Shown piece after piece: positions 60,742 to 64,000 of a DNA stretch of 64,000 nt. The notes below the pieces were generated by a model, which had not been told where the DNA came from, searched no databases, and worked only from the letters and a program-made list of their open reading frames with translations. The DNA lies in assembly GCA_964465205.1 (NCBI GenBank), contig CAYXJO010000008.1, forward strand, positions 2,164 through 66,163, in the 5' to 3' direction. This DNA is from an uncultured Gammaproteobacteria bacterium (GTDB lineage Bacteria > Patescibacteriota > Patescibacteriia > Magasanikbacterales > GWA2-37-8). The translations under genes and the position numbers were made by a program. Each line of letters starts with the position of its first letter. The first letter of the stretch is position 1.

Positions 60742-60879
60742 AGTGTTTAAATATTATTCTAAATTAGCGAAAAAGTCAACGGGTTGACCAACAAAATGCA
60801 TGGTGGGTACCTCTGTTAGTTGCCGAATGTCTGTTGGTGAAAATGTGTGGGGCAAAAAATCATCAAACAATTTACTTCC

Positions 60880-61566
60880 CTATGCATGGTATCTCTTGGC
60901 ATTATTTTTGTTTTGTAAAAATTCAATCAAATCAGCAGTATCCGAATTGATTGAGTGTGTAATTACATTTGGGTTGACGAAAAAATCAGACATGGCCCCA
61001 AGGAATTGGTCGATATTTAAATCGACACGAAATATACAGATATATCTCCACACCGCCAGAATAGGGTCAATTTTATCTACCAAATGAAAAAAATTGACAG
61101 TGCAGTCGGCGGAATTATGTAGTTGATTAAGCGTGGTATTGTATATTGGTTGTAATTTTGTTGGGATGTGTCTGCAAATTATTTCAGCGGCTATGCGTTC
61201 GGCAGTTTTTTTATCATCTGGTAGTCTATATGTGTTTTTACCCAATTCCGGTGTGGTAAAGTCGGGTGTATCGCCGGCAATAATTTCTACCAGATCATGG
61301 TACGCGAGCATTCGAGCTAAGGTTGGCTTGTCTATATCTAGTCCTAATGCGGTCAATAAAATATCCGATTGATTCCCCAGATTAATTATGTGGTCAAGTA
61401 AAGACCTTTTGGGTAAATTTAATCCAAAAGTATCAATCCGTACCGCTTTGCCACTACGCGGTATTTGTGCCAGCTCGTTTATCAAATTTATGGATTTATC
61501 ACCGATATTGATTTGTACAGTAGATAGCTCGGCGAGATATTTTTGTGTCAATTGTGCTACTGACAT
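60880..61566 (-). CDS. HD-domain protein (YfbR/5'-deoxynucleotidase-like)
   Basis: IPRSG, SLLDH, YHDLVE...GD, VDKID. Confidence 0.75.
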   Translation of the reverse strand: MSVAQLTQKYLAELSTVQINIGDKSINLINELAQIPRSGKAVRIDTFGLNLPKRSLLDHIINLGNQSDILLTALGLDIDKPTLARMLAYHDLVEIIAGDTPDFTTPELGKNTYRLPDDKKTAERIAAEIICRHIPTKLQPIYNTTLNQLHNSADCTVNFFHLVDKIDPILAVWRYICIFRVDLNIDQFLGAMSDFFVNPNVITHSINSDTADLIEFLQNKNNAKRYHA

Positions 61567-61571
61567 AAAAT

Positions 61572-62501
61572 TTATTTTTGTTCACCCGGCATTCGTAATA
61601 GAATCGTAAAGTAGCTCGTGGAGCTGTCCACAGTAGGCACGCCCGCAACATCGGCTTGGTTTTGGTTGCGTACTATCTCGACTTGGGTGGCGCCAGCTCC
61701 GGCAGTGGCCATCAAGGTAGTGATTGCAGTAGGCGGTGAATCGATGTAATCATTATTGAATGAATATAATTTTTTGTAGTCATGATTTTCTAGTGCCTTT
61801 TGAGTGATTTGATCGTTGGCACGAGCCCGGTCCGTTGGTAAATAATGAGAAAAATCAATTGAGCCGACTATCAGCGTCTGATCATCTAAGTATGGCTTGA
61901 GCGATTCACCAAAATTTTTGGCACTGGCTAAATCAAAGGTGCTTTTCAAAATAATTGGCACAATGCGCGCATTGGGGAAATAGTATTTGATATACGGTAT
62001 CAGATAATTGATGGAGTGTTCGGTGCGTAAACGATTTTCATCCCACGTCACTAGTTGGGCGGTATAGAGTTTATTGGCGATGGTATTATTTGTTTCCACC
62101 GATCCAATTTTGGTGTTCCACTGCGCAATGCCGGAAATGGCTTCACCTACCCCACCGTCGGTGTGGTTGGGGCCGATGAGTATGATAGTCGTAATTTGGT
62201 CGTCAGAAATTTTTTGGAATAGTTCGGCAGTATAATGCCCAGCCAAATCATGGTGTGGCACAATTGCACCAACCACATTACCGTGGTTGGCATTGGCTGT
62301 TTTGGGATAGGCATGAATGGCACCGGCGAATATTTGCCAATTGTAATCTACTGGAATGATATAGGTGGATTTGGTATTGGTGTGGGTTGTTGCGCTATCT
62401 TTATTTGATTGTGGTGGTGTTTGCCACAACCAAATACCGGCAATAATTAAAATTACTGCCGGTATCGAAATTATTATAATTGTTTTGGGTAGCTTGGTCA
62501 T
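61572..62501 (-). CDS. MEMO1/AmmeMemoRadiSam protein B-like, membrane-anchored
   Basis: VPHH, GPNH, EHS, SIDFSHY. Confidence 0.85.
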   Translation of the reverse strand: MTKLPKTIIIISIPAVILIIAGIWLWQTPPQSNKDSATTHTNTKSTYIIPVDYNWQIFAGAIHAYPKTANANHGNVVGAIVPHHDLAGHYTAELFQKISDDQITTIILIGPNHTDGGVGEAISGIAQWNTKIGSVETNNTIANKLYTAQLVTWDENRLRTEHSINYLIPYIKYYFPNARIVPIILKSTFDLASAKNFGESLKPYLDDQTLIVGSIDFSHYLPTDRARANDQITQKALENHDYKKLYSFNNDYIDSPPTAITTLMATAGAGATQVEIVRNQNQADVAGVPTVDSSTSYFTILLRMPGEQK

Positions 62502-64000
62502 TACTTATCAATGTTGATAGTACTGTAAGTGGAGAATGATTTGATGGTAGCGCTTTTGAGTGATTGAATTTTAATTGGTTCCACCACATATTTGCCCGGG
62601 CTAACCACGCGGGCGTAGTAACGGAAGAAATTGTTGGCACAGCCGCCGAGCCAGCCTTTGCCTACGATAAATTTTACCTTTTGTCCGTTGGTTTCGTATG
62701 GATACCAGATGTCGCAAGCGTATCCCATATCACGACCGTACATTCTGGTAGCGAGCTGCAGACCGCTTGGTAATATGTCGGTAATTTCGTATTCGCCACC
62801 CAGTGATTTTTGGGAAATGTTGAAATATACACGCACCTCTACGAATTGGCCCTCTTGGAATGTATCAGTCTGCAAACCGGAGCGAGTGAAATATTTTTTG
62901 TCCACCCAAACTAAGTTGGAGTTATTTTTTATTTCTGAGGCGGATTTTTCGAACACCGAAGTTAGCCCTACATTGCCTTCTAGTACCCCAGTAGAGATTG
63001 TTTTAAGTTGATCGGACGACACCACTACGCGGTAACTCTCGCCGTTGTCCAAAGATTTTTCAGTACGTTTACCATCGATGGTAACAAAGAATTTGGACGG
63101 TCCGGCCGGTATGAGCGGTAGTGTTTTTTGTAGGTAGAGAATTTTTTCCAGGTCGGTCAAAATATCCTTGGTGTTGTTTTCGCGGGCATAACTCCAAAAC
63201 ATTTCCGAACGTGATTCGCCTAGCCCGCCGCTCAAGATGGCAGTGAGGGTAGTGGCGGATACCACATCGTCAGTGTTTTTCGACGCATTGATACGGGCGT
63301 AGGGCTTTAATTCTTCGCCCTGATCATTCACCACACGTGTATATATTTCGCGAGCCAATTTTTGGTCGCCTAATTGCTGGGCGGCCAGTGCCAAGAATAA
63401 TTTATCATTGGTACTTAGATCATTTACTTTGGCAAAATCTCGCACTAGGATCAAGACTGGCTCGTTGAGCCCGGCCAAACCATACAGGGCGCGTACAATT
63501 TCGTCTTTGTTGGATCCCTCATTGTTTAATGTGCCGTAGAAGTAGCCGGTTAAGCTGGCGCGATCAAAACGATCGGCGGCTACGGCCGCGACTTTCGCAC
63601 TTAATTCTAATTCAGATGAGCTATATGGTAATAAAGTTATGCCGCCATTTTGATCTTGGTATTTGGAACCATCAAATTCTTCTGGTTGATCGTACTCAGT
63701 ACCAAAATATTTATTGAGTAATTCGTATCCCAGTATGCGAGCTAATTTTTGATCAACGCGATTGCCGTATGCCCAGCCCAAATAGTAAGTGTCATTCAGG
63801 AAGCGGCCACGATTTTTGTCGGTGAAGATTAAAGTGGTGGGGTTGATTTTTCCGCCTTCGATTTTGGGATTGTCTCTCAAGTCGTAAAATTTTTGTTCAT
63901 TTTCACCCAGACGCGAACTTAATACTTTGATTGGCTTAATCACAGCGTCGCTTTTGCCTTGCGCTTCGGCGCCACTGCGGATTTTGTAATCACCCGGTAA
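62501..64000 (-). CDS. Alpha-2-macroglobulin-family protein, C-terminal part (start outside the window)
   Basis: Frame open to the right edge; YQDQNGG helical domain, ITDILPSGL, YYARVVSPGKY..EP. Confidence 0.75.
   Translation of the reverse strand, partial: LPGDYKIRSGAEAQGKSDAVIKPIKVLSSRLGENEQKFYDLRDNPKIEGGKINPTTLIFTDKNRGRFLNDTYYLGWAYGNRVDQKLARILGYELLNKYFGTEYDQPEEFDGSKYQDQNGGITLLPYSSSELELSAKVAAVAADRFDRASLTGYFYGTLNNEGSNKDEIVRALYGLAGLNEPVLILVRDFAKVNDLSTNDKLFLALAAQQLGDQKLAREIYTRVVNDQGEELKPYARINASKNTDDVVSATTLTAILSGGLGESRSEMFWSYARENNTKDILTDLEKILYLQKTLPLIPAGPSKFFVTIDGKRTEKSLDNGESYRVVVSSDQLKTISTGVLEGNVGLTSVFEKSASEIKNNSNLVWVDKKYFTRSGLQTDTFQEGQFVEVRVYFNISQKSLGGEYEITDILPSGLQLATRMYGRDMGYACDIWYPYETNGQKVKFIVGKGWLGGCANNFFRYYARVVSPGKYVVEPIKIQSLKSATIKSFSTYSTINIDK

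Noticed and set aside
62501-63943. Complete 480-aa gene
   Set aside because: The frame stays open to 64000, so it is the tail of a larger gene
1-64000. Alternative genetic code (UGA recoding)
   Set aside because: Long conserved genes translate intact in code 11 and TGA acts as a stop

Overview
Origin-of-replication region of a bacterial chromosome. The gene content points to Patescibacteria/CPR (Parcubacteria-like) by inference: giant GNVGIG-repeat fibre protein, DUF916/WxL-like surface genes, tRNAs lacking encoded CCA, AT-rich non-SD core gene starts. From left to right: (1) 1-7.7 kb, the right part of an integrative element at tRNA-Ala(GGC), with a >733-aa putative nuclease/defence ORF missing from the ORF track, a wHTH regulator, a P-loop ATPase and a large serine recombinase; (2) 7.7-21.8 kb, a cell-surface operon including a Cys-rich protein with an intein-like Hint domain; (3) a parS/DnaA-box region, tRNAs and housekeeping genes (hppA, tig, nfo, yidD-rnpA-rpmH, dnaA-oriC-dnaN, PBP, comM, lspA, dksA-like); (4) a second DnaA-box cluster at ~42 kb sharing a 28-bp palindrome with the 22.5-kb region; (5) accessory genes. 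The best candidate for an undescribed system is 46.2-54.7 kb: three class II aminoacyl-tRNA-synthetase homologues (one LysRS, one degenerate LysRS paralogue, one anticodon-less AsnRS-like ligase) with two SAM methyltransferases, an amidohydrolase, and homologues of both microcin C immunity hydrolases (MccF-like S66 peptidase, MccH-like HxHxK HIT), but no MccB/MccA. All calls come from reading motifs by eye; no database searches were run.
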